Assembly (NCBI GenBank): GCA_965637545.1
Contig: OZ281496.1
Span: 22,382,001-22,446,000 of the forward strand
Reading direction: 5' to 3'
Source of the DNA: Phallusia mammillata
Taxonomy: Eukaryota
Length of the DNA stretch: 64,000 nucleotides
Made by a program: the position numbers and the translations under genes. Position 1 is the stretch's first letter; every line of letters begins with the position of its first letter. Shown in pieces: positions 49,501-61,500 of the stretch. A model generated the notes under the pieces. The model was not told the origin of the DNA, ran no database searches, and saw only the letters and a program-made list of their open reading frames with translations.

Positions 49501-52500
49501 GTCGGCAACCTTTTTCGCTCAGATACAGTAAAGTGTGTATTATGTTTCCAGATGTACACCGTGTGAGCCATGTACTTTTACTTTAAATAAAACGAATTTT
49601 TAAAATCTTGACCAACAAAAAAACATTGTGTTAAGAAATGATGTTAAGATTTGTCTAAGAGCGACACGCAGTTATCAGAAAAACTACATCTGACTTACAA
49701 GTCATGGGTTTCCTACCCCCGTTCTGGGGTATTTGTCTTGAAATGTTTCTTTCACTAAGCGAAACAAACTCTACACGATTATTTTATTTGCGATACAATA
49801 TAATTTTATCTGAATTTATTAGAACAAATACTCTGCCGAATACATGGAAAACCGTGGCAAGGCTTTACATTCGATAGCTGAGACCCCTGAGATGGCAATC
49901 TCCAAATCAGTTGCACCGTTGCTAAGCGACAAGACATACACGGACAAGGCGAAGAGCATTATGCAGAAGTACAATCTGGACTCCTGTAAGTCTTTCCTTG
50001 ACTTCAATCCTCTTTTATTATAAATTGATTTTATTGTCCGAAAAAAGTTTAATTTAGGTCACCATATTTCAATGTATTAAAGAATTATTAAAACCTTTAC
50101 GTATTTTGCTAAAATATTTTTTTTTGCTTAAACCGTGATTTGTAAAGTGTATTTGGTGGAAGTTTAAATGTATTCTATTGTGTGGTTTTCAGCAACACAA
50201 AGCATTGCCCATGCGCTTGGAACACAGAAGTCATTCTCTCCACATGGCTACATGGTCGATTTTAAGAAAAATATCATAGGAAAAGCCCCTTCGGATTTGG
50301 TTAATTCGTACCCAGAATATGCCGTGGCACGAAACGTGACAAAAATGACAAGCAAGGTACAAATAAAGCTACACAAATGCTTATTTCCTAACATTACAAG
50401 ATTTCAAAAATTGTTTGCATGTTTGCCCATTGTCAGTTTTAGAAATATTATTTTCTCCCCCAGTCCCTATGTTTACAAATTAATTTCGAAAAATTGTTGC
50501 AAAAATTTAATTAATTAATAATATAACATTTTAACATTTCTACAAAATTTTATAACATTTCTATAAGTGTAATCCTAGAGAACCTCTAACGAAGTTGAAT
50601 AATTGATTTTTCACTTTTGAAAGAATGCCAACATTTATTTAACTCAAGGATTGTTTAATTTGCTACCGCTTTAACTCTCTGACCGACACCTTTGCATAAA
50701 TGATTCAGGTTTTAACATTTCCATTTGCAGTCTGGATACGGAAAAGAAGCTGACAAGATAATGCACACTCACAATCTCCCACTTGACTATCCGGAATTCG
50801 TCAGAGCAAAACAAAACGCTAAGAATGCAAGCGACGTAAGTTACATGTGTATATGGTTAATTGAACAGGGTACCACAGTACGCTGCAGACAGTGTGTTCA
50901 TTGCTTTTAACCTATATTGTCTGAATACTGAGGGGGGCTCTAACATCTTGGACGAGAACCACTGTTTTAACCCCTTTCACAAAAAATCTACACTTTACTT
51001 CTTTTTAGGTTAAGGTATCAAAATCAACCAATTCTATGACTGTCACTTTTATTTGTACCCACATGGATATTTTTCAATTCTTATGATAAAGTTTTTTTAT
51101 TTTTAGGCGGAGTACCAGAAGCAACGAGCTGAGGTGATCAACCAATACCGTGGATTCCAAACCATGGACAGCAAAGAGCATCCAATTGTACAACAAGGAA
51201 TTAAGGCTGCTGAACTTGTTTCAAATGTAAGATTATTTTATGCCAATTATGTGATTTTATGGAAGAAGTAAGGCTAGGGCTGTGATAAATAGTAAATTTC
51301 TCCAAACCGTTTTTCGTGCTTTTACCATTAGCCCTTTCACAATCTCTACCTTAAAGCTTATCAAGACCGAATGTCCGTCTGGGTACATTCTAAAAACAAC
51401 TATTACCCAAAAATTTCACATTTAACAAAACAATACAGTTACCAGTTAGTACGTTTTCTGAATAGTTTGCTTCATAATTATTTCTCAACGGGGTAATCTT
51501 TGATAAAACGAAAAATTATATTTTCTTTCAGGCACTGTACAAGGAAGATTGGGAGTACGACAAACAAATGATTTACTTCCCAGCTCATATTACACCCGGT
51601 TACGAATCAGCAATGCAGGCTAGCAAAGTTCAAAGTGATGTAAGTGTCTTTAATTATAAAAACATTGTTCTTTTTTGACTATTTTTGCTGCTTTAGGCCA
51701 TCTACAAAAAAGGACACAACGAAAACAAAGCTGCAAACAACTTCAAAGTTACCGACACCGATCAATATAAAACAACTAAAGAGCTTGGTGACCTACTTTC
51801 AGATGTAAGTTAGACTTACTGTGGAACAAACTTGATCAGTTGCTGTTTTTTTTTAAGTGTATACTGACTGTCAACCATTGTAAGCCTTATCTGTTTCGGG
51901 TTTTGGTCGATTTCGGGCTTGAGCTTAAATAACAGACATAAGTCGTCCCTAACTTGGCCTCATTTGTGCCGCTACAATTTTCCGGCCTCAATCTGGCTTT
52001 TTTTTATGTAAAAAATCAGGTTCTGACCTGGTTTAGGACTTATACTTTTGTTTCTGGCCTCAATTCCAGGTTTTCCATTGCCTTGTGTTTAAACGTTTGT
52101 TCTTACATTGGTAGAACCTGATTAGAGACATTCTTTTGTAGAAAAAGTACAAAGAAGCTTATGAAGCTGAGAAGGGAACAAACCGAACTCAGGTAAAAGA
52201 AACTCCTGAAATGAGAATTTCGAAGTCAATTGCTCCACTTCTTAGTAACAAGCTGTATGGCGATGACGCCCGTCGTAAGATGAAGGAATACAACTTGGAT
52301 ACTTGTAAGTTTGTTAGTTTGGACTTTCTAAATACCCGAAATCTTTTTGTGTTACAAGCAAAACGTTTCTGTTACCGTTACGATTTCTTTGCTAATCATG
52401 CTCATGCTGACATGAATTGAGGTTACTCATATAATAATACAAATCCACAGACCGGGATATTCTATGTATATTAGATTAAGCTTCAAACTAACGTAAAGTT

Positions 52501-55500
52501 AAGTCTGTATATTTTAAGTTGTTTGTTAAGATTTCGCATTAACATTACAGAAATGGTACATGCAATCGTTATGTATATATTTATAAACTACATTATTCAT
52601 CGTACCTTCTAGCGATGCAGGCAATCTCTCAGGCATTAGCTGTACAGAAGGTTGCGTCTACCAGCAAATATGTGGACCACTTTAAAAAGGAAATGGTGGG
52701 CAAGGCACCGGCTGATATCGCAAAATCTTACCCCGAATATGATCACGCTAGAAAAGTTTCCAAATACACAAGCAAGGTAACATTGTACATTGCAATAGCT
52801 TGTTATGTATTTTAATTTGTGCTAGTGTTGCAACTTTCGTGAGATTACGTTATACGAAGTTTCTGTCTTACAAAGGTTAGTGGTATTTTTGTAATTGTTT
52901 TTTTTTTTTTTTGCTTTTCAGGCTTTGTATTGGAAGGATGCCGAGAAACTCATGCACACCCATAACTTGCCATTAGATTATCCAGAGTTTGTTCGCGCCA
53001 AACAGAACGCCAAGAATGCCAGCGATGTGAGTTAAAGCACATAAGAGTCATAAAGCTGACAAAATGAAATCTTTACAATACCTGTTAAAATTGTCTTTAA
53101 ATATATTGTATTCTGAACTAAAAGGTCCTCAGCCAAACCAATCTCTTTTTGCCCCTAAGTTTTTGACGTTGTAGATTTGCCTTTATTTGAAGTAAATGAT
53201 TACAATGTCAGTTAAAAGTGTCTTTAAGTGTAATATATTTTGAGCTTAAACAGTTCGTCAGCCAATCCAATATCTTTTTGCTCGTTATTTCAGTGTTAAA
53301 ATTTTTGAAGTTGTAGATTTGGCTTCATTTGAAGTAAATGATTACAATCCCGGTAAAAGTGTCTTTAAGGGTATGGTATTTTGAACCTAAACAGCCCGTC
53401 AGCCAAACCATTTGCCCCATATACATTGTAATGTTAAAGTACTCGAAGTCGTCAATTTGTTTGCTTGAAGTATTTGCGGTAAATGTTGCCTCTTTACAAA
53501 ACTGCTTTCTACTTTGCCTTTAGGCCGAGTACCAGAAGCAACGCAAAGAAGTGATTACAAACTACAGAGGCTTCCAGACCATGGACAGTAGAGACCATCC
53601 CGTGGTACAACACGGCATCAGAGTCGCTGATCTTATTTCCGACGTAAGTGGCGTCAAGGGAATAAGCTTTTTTGCATTGAAGAAGTCGGGCCATATTATG
53701 ACGTGCGGGCATTGTTTAAAATAGATAAGTGCCAGGCGATTGCGCATGTGTTCCGAGTTATTGCAGCATTGCGGTGCTAAAGTTTGTTCTAGATTTAAGA
53801 AGTCAGCTACTAACATATGAACAAATAGTCTGTGAAAATGATTGTTTGAGATAAATTTAGGTTTGAAAAACGTGGTGAACAGCGATTTATTGTAAAGTAT
53901 TACAGCAGTAGTTATCAGTTGGTGGTCCATGGTGACTTTTGGTCCGTTTTGGATGACCTTCAGGACGTCCACCATATTTGATAATAAACTGAAGAGAGAT
54001 GCATATTCTATATAAAAAGAGGGTCCAATTGTTAGCTGTCAGTAACTTTGTGTCACTTCTTAAAATTCAGTTTTTTTTAATATACGTATATGGTTTGCTT
54101 ATTTACCCCCACCTAAATTTAGTCAATGGTATTGCTTATTTTAGAGCTGTAGTCCATGGCCTCAAGTAGAGAATCACTGCATTATAGCTTTTGGCATGAC
54201 ATTTATCACAAAAATTAGGCATACAAAACTCAATATTTAATCGTAAAAGTTTATTTTAATTGCTCAGTTGAATGAAGGGATAAGCAAAGATTCGCCTGTA
54301 TTGTATACGTGTGGCTCTTTGCACAACAAAACATTTGTTTTTAACTGGCGTAATGGCTCTCAGCGCAAGTACAAAGAGGATTACATGGAAGACAGGGATG
54401 TGATTTACTATCCAGTTCATTTGACACCTGGTTACGAGACTGCAGTCAAATCCAGTGAAAATCAAAGCGACGTAAGTACCTCTACTCTATGTTGAAGTGT
54501 AATGAAAATGTTCACCAAATAAGTAAATATGATTCCGCAGTCATTATTTTCTAAACTGCAAAATAGTAGTAGGTTTTGCTACTAGTACCAACTTGTGAAG
54601 AGTGTTTACTGGACTTGTACAAAATAGGAAAACAATTTTTTTTGTCATCTCAACTTAAGGTGGCCTACAAGAGTCAGTATTTGAAGGAAGCAGCCAAAAA
54701 CAATTATCTTTTCACCGAAACTGACGAGTATAAAAGTCAAAAGGGTTTGGCGGAATCTCTGGAAGTAAGTACATTTTTTATTATTTCAATACTACAAACA
54801 ACCATGTCGTTTGTTAGTGCAATGTGGCCTATCGTAATCATTGAAATTATATTTAAATTTTTTTAATTAGCCTTGGCTAACAAACGCAACGTAGTTGGTC
54901 TGCAGGGTCATGTATGGATATTTAACAAATCACGAGAAAATGATACTGTTTTATTATATTAGTGCTTTACAGACCTTTCAATTTAAATTCTAACGCCATT
55001 TTATTAACAATAACATTAATTGTTTGTAGCGTTACAAAGAAGATTATCCGAGGGAGTTCCAAGCCTTGAAACGCACACCAGAGATGCAAGCGTCCGACAT
55101 GGTTCGTTTTTTGCTCAGCGATGCGGCTTATACCAAGGATGCAAAGAAGCGAATGGACATTTACAACGTTGACCTCCAGGACCAGCGTCTGTCACACGCC
55201 TTGCATGCGTCCAAGGTAACTAATGCATTACGTACAACACATTTCAGCATTGCGGAAGCAGACCCAGTTCGGGCTTGGTTTTTTTGACGAACAGGCTTGA
55301 TTCGGGCCTTACTACAAGTTCTGTGTCCGTATTTTTTAGATAAAATTACCTAAGTAGCTAATTGCTGGACTTAACCTAATGCCCAACAGGCCTAAAACTC
55401 TCGATTTGCTTCATATCACACTTTTACACATACTTTTGTCAGTTAAAGTAGAAAAGAATCATTTTTTTCATGTTTTGTTAGCTGATCGAGTTTGCAAGTC

Positions 55501-58500
55501 AGTATCTCTCCGTAAAAGAGTTTACCTTTACCAAATGTTTCCGTATTTGAAAATAAACGTTTGCAAACTTGTTCTGTAACCCCTATAGATTGGCTCCGAG
55601 AACAAGTACAAACACAAGTTCAACAAAGAAATGGTTGGCAAAGCTCCGAATGACGTCACAATTTCACATCCCGAGTATGATCTGGCGAAAAAAGTCTCCC
55701 GTATGGCAAGCAAGGTAAGTCCTAATCCTTCGACATAAAGTGATCCCAATAAGAATAAATTTAACTTTATAGGAAAATTGAAGTTTTTTAAGCTAATGAG
55801 AGAGTTATAAAACTGAAAACTTGACTTTTTCAGGCCAAATTTCACATCGTTTTGGTTTGTTTAAAACTATAAAAGAGTAAATCAAATGCATAATAAAGGC
55901 CTTAGTTAAAATAGAACCATGCACTTTTTTCTATTTTACTACTGTTTTGTGCAGAGCGAGTACGTGAAAGATGCAGAGAAGATAAAGCATCGTCATAATC
56001 TTCCTGTTGATTACCCGGAGTTTGTCAGGGCTCGAGAATGCGCTAAAAACGCCAGCGATGTACGTACTTAAAATAATAAGCCTTATTCAACATTGGTATC
56101 AAGTCTCCATTTAGGTTTTTGGTTCAGACTAGCCCAGTGGTTCGTAAACCCGCGATTACATTATTTTTTTGTAATGTTACTCACGTAATCTTTCTCTGAC
56201 GTCATAGTTATTTTTGTAGGGTGGTTTAGAAATTTATCTGTTTTTTTCAAGGTTAAAAATAACAAGGGCTAAGAACCACTAATCTAGTCGTTACCAGACA
56301 CACTAAATATCTTAAACTGCTAACTTTCTCTTACTTACAACAACAGGTGTATGTGTACGACGGGCGTTTTACAACAATGGTGTTTATTTAGGCGGAATAC
56401 CAAAAGCAAAAGAAGCAGACGATCGAAAAATACCGCGGCTTTCAGACAATGGATAGCAAAGACCATCCCGTTGTACAACACGGAATCCGAGTTGCCGATC
56501 TCATTTCTCACGTATGTGTTGCCAGTTTTGATGCTTTCCACATAATTTCATTTGGGATTTAATTTTAGATAGTAGAAATTTAACTGTGGAAGCTGTTTCA
56601 GTGCAGTTGTTGAGCAAGCTGTAGACAAGACATAAGCTGTATTGGCCAGTGTAGCCACCTAACGGCACTCCAGTTTTTGGGAATAACAGGCTAAAAGTCA
56701 TGCCTTACCTATTCTTTTGTGATTCAATTGTTGCTTTAACACATGATAAATTTTTTAAATTTTATATACTATTATTTTTCCATTAATAGGAACTAACATT
56801 ATCACTTGTCATTTATTACAGAGCAAATACATTGAAGATTATATGATCGACCGCAACATTGTATATTATCCAGTACATTTGACACCAGGATACGAAGCCG
56901 CAACGAAAGCTAGTCAATTCCAAAGCGAGGTGCGTGACTGAAATTATTACCTTTATTTCGCCGAGGGCCGTTTAAAAATTGACGAGTGTGGGAAGTATAG
57001 TATTTATTGAATCTTCTAATCCCTGTCAATGGGAGTATTAGAAAAAAACTTCAAACATTCAAGTTTGTAATTCTGTTTGAATGTGTTATTTTCTTAAGTT
57101 TTTCTTATTGCCTGATCGAGTACTAAAAGCGCCCCTTTAAATAGCGCTTCTAAATTTTGGGGCCTATGGTTTGTCAAATATTTTGAGCTCAGTATGTTTA
57201 TCTTTCATATTTTATTGTGGACCTTGGTATTGGTTGATGTGAAACCTTGTTTTTCTTTAGCTGAAGTACAAGGAAGGTTACAAGAAAGGCCAGACCGATT
57301 TCCGCTTTGATCCAACACAAACTGACATGTACAAAACTGTGAAGGATAACCAAAACGCTTTGAACGATGTAAGTGGCTTGGAATAAATCAAGACGGACAA
57401 ATCTGGTTAATCGCATATCCATTTTGCCAAGCTTTTTATGCAATTAACCAGCACTGTTTTTCATAAGCTTGAAATTCCCAATTCCATGCCAATAAAAGGA
57501 ACATGCGATTAATTAACCCTATATTTACCTATGTTCCAAGTCTTTTTGAATACATTCCCGTGATGCATCCATGTCCTCTCATTCTGGGTTTAAATATGTG
57601 TTTCTATTATTCTCACAACATAGTTCGATACATCAATGTCACAATACAGACTTCGAACTGTTAATATCATTGGAATTAATAAATGTATTTTTTAGCTATC
57701 ATAGGCTTTGTGTTTATTTTACAGAAAGCTTACAAGGAAGACAGCAAGAAGACCTTGGAAACAGGTTTCACGCCTTCAGCTCAAACTCAAGAGATGGAAA
57801 TATCCAACAAGCTGAAACCTCTTGCACCGAGCGAGTATCAGAAACGCGCCAAGGATCTTCTTCACAAATATCATCTTAACGTCGAGCTGCCGGTAAAATT
57901 TCTTTATGAAAATTTATGTGACCGTTTATGTGCTTAATTGGTATCAGCTTTACCTGTGACATAACTTTTATTTCTCTTTCTGCATTTTTTTGTCTCAATC
58001 AAATGTTTTTATGTAAATGACACCTTGCTATTGCTCTATGAAATTGCCTCTCGGCCTTTTACGTATTTTTCAGCACAGATCGAAAAACTCGTGTGACTGT
58101 GATATCTTTGTGCTTGTTTATAGATACCGATGATGCTGTAAAGGCGAAATATATACTTTTTAAATTCATAAGCATGAATGACCAAATGCGTTCATAAATT
58201 TGAAGTCTTATGACTAATTCGTTTTTGGATTTCGTTATTTATCGATAGTTTGTTGTTAATCCCATTTTTGGATGTGTTGAATTCGTGAACTTTAATTATT
58301 TATTTGCTTACCCTTTATCTTACATAATATGTTGCTGCTTCAGGAAATCACACATGCAGTGTGTTTATCACAACTCGTGTCCAAAAACAAATACACGAGT
58401 GACTACAATACCAAGATCAAGGGCGCGGCTCCATCCGACCTCGCGAACTCGTACCCTGAGTATCTTCATGCACGGAATGTCACCAAACAAACCAGCAAGG

Positions 58501-61500
58501 TATATTTTGGATGATTGTTAAAAAATCAAAACACTGACCATTCTAAACGAACTATGTTCACTTAAAACAAGACATTTTCGGTACCCAAATGCTGCTATAT
58601 GTAAAAGTGCATAGCAGACTGTCATTTCATCCATTTATTTTATGAATTAGTTCAGTTTTTGTTTATTTAATAATAAAGCTTTTTTGACAGATTAATATTT
58701 ATGAAATAAGTTTTGTTTGTAAGGGATCGTTTTGGTCGCCGCATGTGGTAAAGTTTTTTTTACAAAAGTATTTAACCTTACAGAAAGAATACACGAAAAC
58801 TGGTGACGAAATTCGCCATCACTTTACAATGCCAGTGGATACACCTGAGTTGACCAGAGCAAAGGAATCAAGCAAGAATGCCAGTGATGTAAGTTGAGTT
58901 TTTTTTTATGAATGAAGTCTGTTTGAAACCATGCGTTACAGAACGTGGAGCTTAGGACGGCTTAAATTAATTCTTCCTTTACAGCTTATTTACAAGAAAC
59001 AACGCAAGGAGGTGATTGACAGTTATAAAGGATTCCAAAACATGGACAGTAAAGATCATCCCATTGTCCAACAAGGAATCAAAGCTGCCGACTTGTTCTC
59101 AGAGGTAAGAATAGCTTGAATACATACATATGTTAAATACACCCATTAGTGATACAGTAAAGGGATATGAAACATGTATCCATTAAACTAAAATGTCGTG
59201 TTAAGGGGTTAGTTTTGAGATTTTTTGGTTCTGGCCGCCTTAATACAGCCCATGACACCAGTTTTCCAGCTCCAGTATTCAACAGTTGTTATGCCAATGA
59301 ATTTGCTGTAAATTGTACGTGTGTAAGTTAAGGCATTTATCATACAAGCCCTTATATTATCCCTGTCGATTTGTTTAAGTTTCATTGACGTTTTTCACTG
59401 AAGTTGTCGTTAAGATTAATCATCAAACCTGTTTTGGTTGATAATGATAACGGCAAGTCGATCTGGTCTTTGGGGTCAGGTTCGGGTTTGGGCAGGGTTG
59501 TGGCCAGTTTGAGGCTGGAATTTCAATAAAGCGGACTGGATTCGGTTCTGACTTCACAATTTGTATTTTAACATGTCGTAAGCAATAACTAATTTGTACA
59601 TTAAACTAATTTGTGTATTAACATGTCGTAACTCGTAAGCAATAACATTTTACGATTTTAGCGCAAGTACAAAGAAGACTACATGGAAGACAGAGATCTC
59701 ATCTATTTCCCTGTCCATCTCACCGCGGGATATGATGCTGCAGTAAAGGCAGGAAAAACTCAAAGCGACGTAAGTGTCTGTTGTTTAACGACACATTTTT
59801 TGTTGTTGTGAGATTTAGACGTATTGTTGTTTTTTCTCCAGACTGTGTACAAGGCCAAGCATGAGAAGGAGAAACAAGCAAACAGGTTTAATCCGGTTCA
59901 AACTGAAGGCTACGAGGCTGCAAAGCAACGGGCTGACACTGTTTCCGACGTATGTATTTTTTTATAGCGCTTGATAACTGACTTTGATATTTTTCGTTAC
60001 TTGTTTTCATGCTGAAAGTTTATGCTGAAATCTATTTTGTTCGTAAGATTTATTGTTGAACGTGTGTTACGAGGGATTTGGTACATTTGCTTTTGGTTTG
60101 CAGAAAAACTATAAGAAGGCATTGGATGAATTACCTGAAAACTTTACCGCAGTGGACGACTCCATTGAGCACCAACATCTGAAGGCAATGAAAGGATTGA
60201 TGAGCAACGTAAGTTTAAGGATTCCTATTTATTGCACTTGCTTATATGTTTGAAATTACTCCAACCTAGGGGTCACCAAGCCTTAGAACGCCTCGTGTAA
60301 ATTTACTCATGCCAAGACAAAATGGTTTCACGTGCCAACATCGTTGTATGCTATAGCGGTTTGTGTGAGCTGATTTGAACAGTGATTAGAAAGAAGGTAG
60401 ATTCGTGCTTTTAGGCTGCTTTTGCACCAAGACTATCGTTTTAATAATTAAGTAGCTTAGACAAAACAAAACTTCCAATAGCATATGTGGCAAATAGGGC
60501 AATAGCATTAACAGCGAGTGTGGCAATAGCATTAACAGCGATTGTTAAAAGGTCCGCAAAAAATTCTAACTGTATACATGAGCTTGCTTTAATCAACATC
60601 TAGCTTCTTTGGTTTTCCTATGTACAAAAATCAATTTTACTGCATAAGAAACAATGATTAATGCATGTACATGTAATACACCGAAAAGCAAAATGATGTT
60701 TTCACAGAAAGACCGTCCAAAATCCAGTGTATCAAACCCTAGGTCCAACAGAATTAACCGGTTTACACAACATTTGCACAGAATATATAAGCCTATTTCA
60801 CCTAAGTTGTTTGGCATGTAGGGTTGATTTTACTTCAACGTATACTTTATTTTCCACAGAAAGCTTACACCGAGGACGCCAAGAAGACCCTGGACAAGTA
60901 CAACATCAATGCTGATGTTATCGACATTGCACATGCTTTGATGACCACACCTCTTTTGTCGGGTGTTGCATACCGCAAACACTTTAACAAAGAAGTCAAG
61001 GGTAAAGGGGTTTCGGGCAGTGGAATTGAGAACTACCCTGACCATGTAAAGGCTATGGACAACTCCAAGTTGTCTAGTAAGGTTAGTAAAAACTTTCTCA
61101 TAAACAGATATCTGAATGTACTGCCTACTGTGCCTCATGGAAAACGAACAAAACAACATACTTTGTACAAAAAACAATTTCTTTTGAGGCTAACTAAATA
61201 AAATATCATTTTGTTTAAAATGAAAGTGGCTCTTGATGTTCAGCTAGCATGTGCTAAACTTCATACCCTGACAAGCAATTAAAACAAAATTGCGCGGGAT
61301 TTAAACACTTTACCAGCATTGAATGATAAACCGTTTAAATACACTTGCAGATCCATATGATACATATACCTGTGAAACGTTTTTTTAGACGGCTTACACA
61401 AAAGACAACGAGAAGGTCATCCACAAATACACGATGCCTGTGGACACACCAGAACTGAACAGAGCAAAAGAGTCAGCCATCAATGCCAGTGATGTAAGTT

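Noticed and set aside
50860-50880. TACCCTGT on the minus strand, resembling the miR-10 5' end
   Set aside because: The match stops after 8 nt, no hairpin is evident, and it lies in a nebulin intron far from Hox4.
34771-53643. Regularly recurring near-identical DNA blocks resembling a CRISPR or satellite array
   Set aside because: They are paralogous nebulin exons with GT-AG boundaries in a eukaryotic gene.
59560-60545. Short direct duplications (59568-59645 nested; 20-bp unit at 60498 and 60522) and the C18 and (TA)n tracts elsewhere
   Set aside because: Ordinary slippage products with no further structure.
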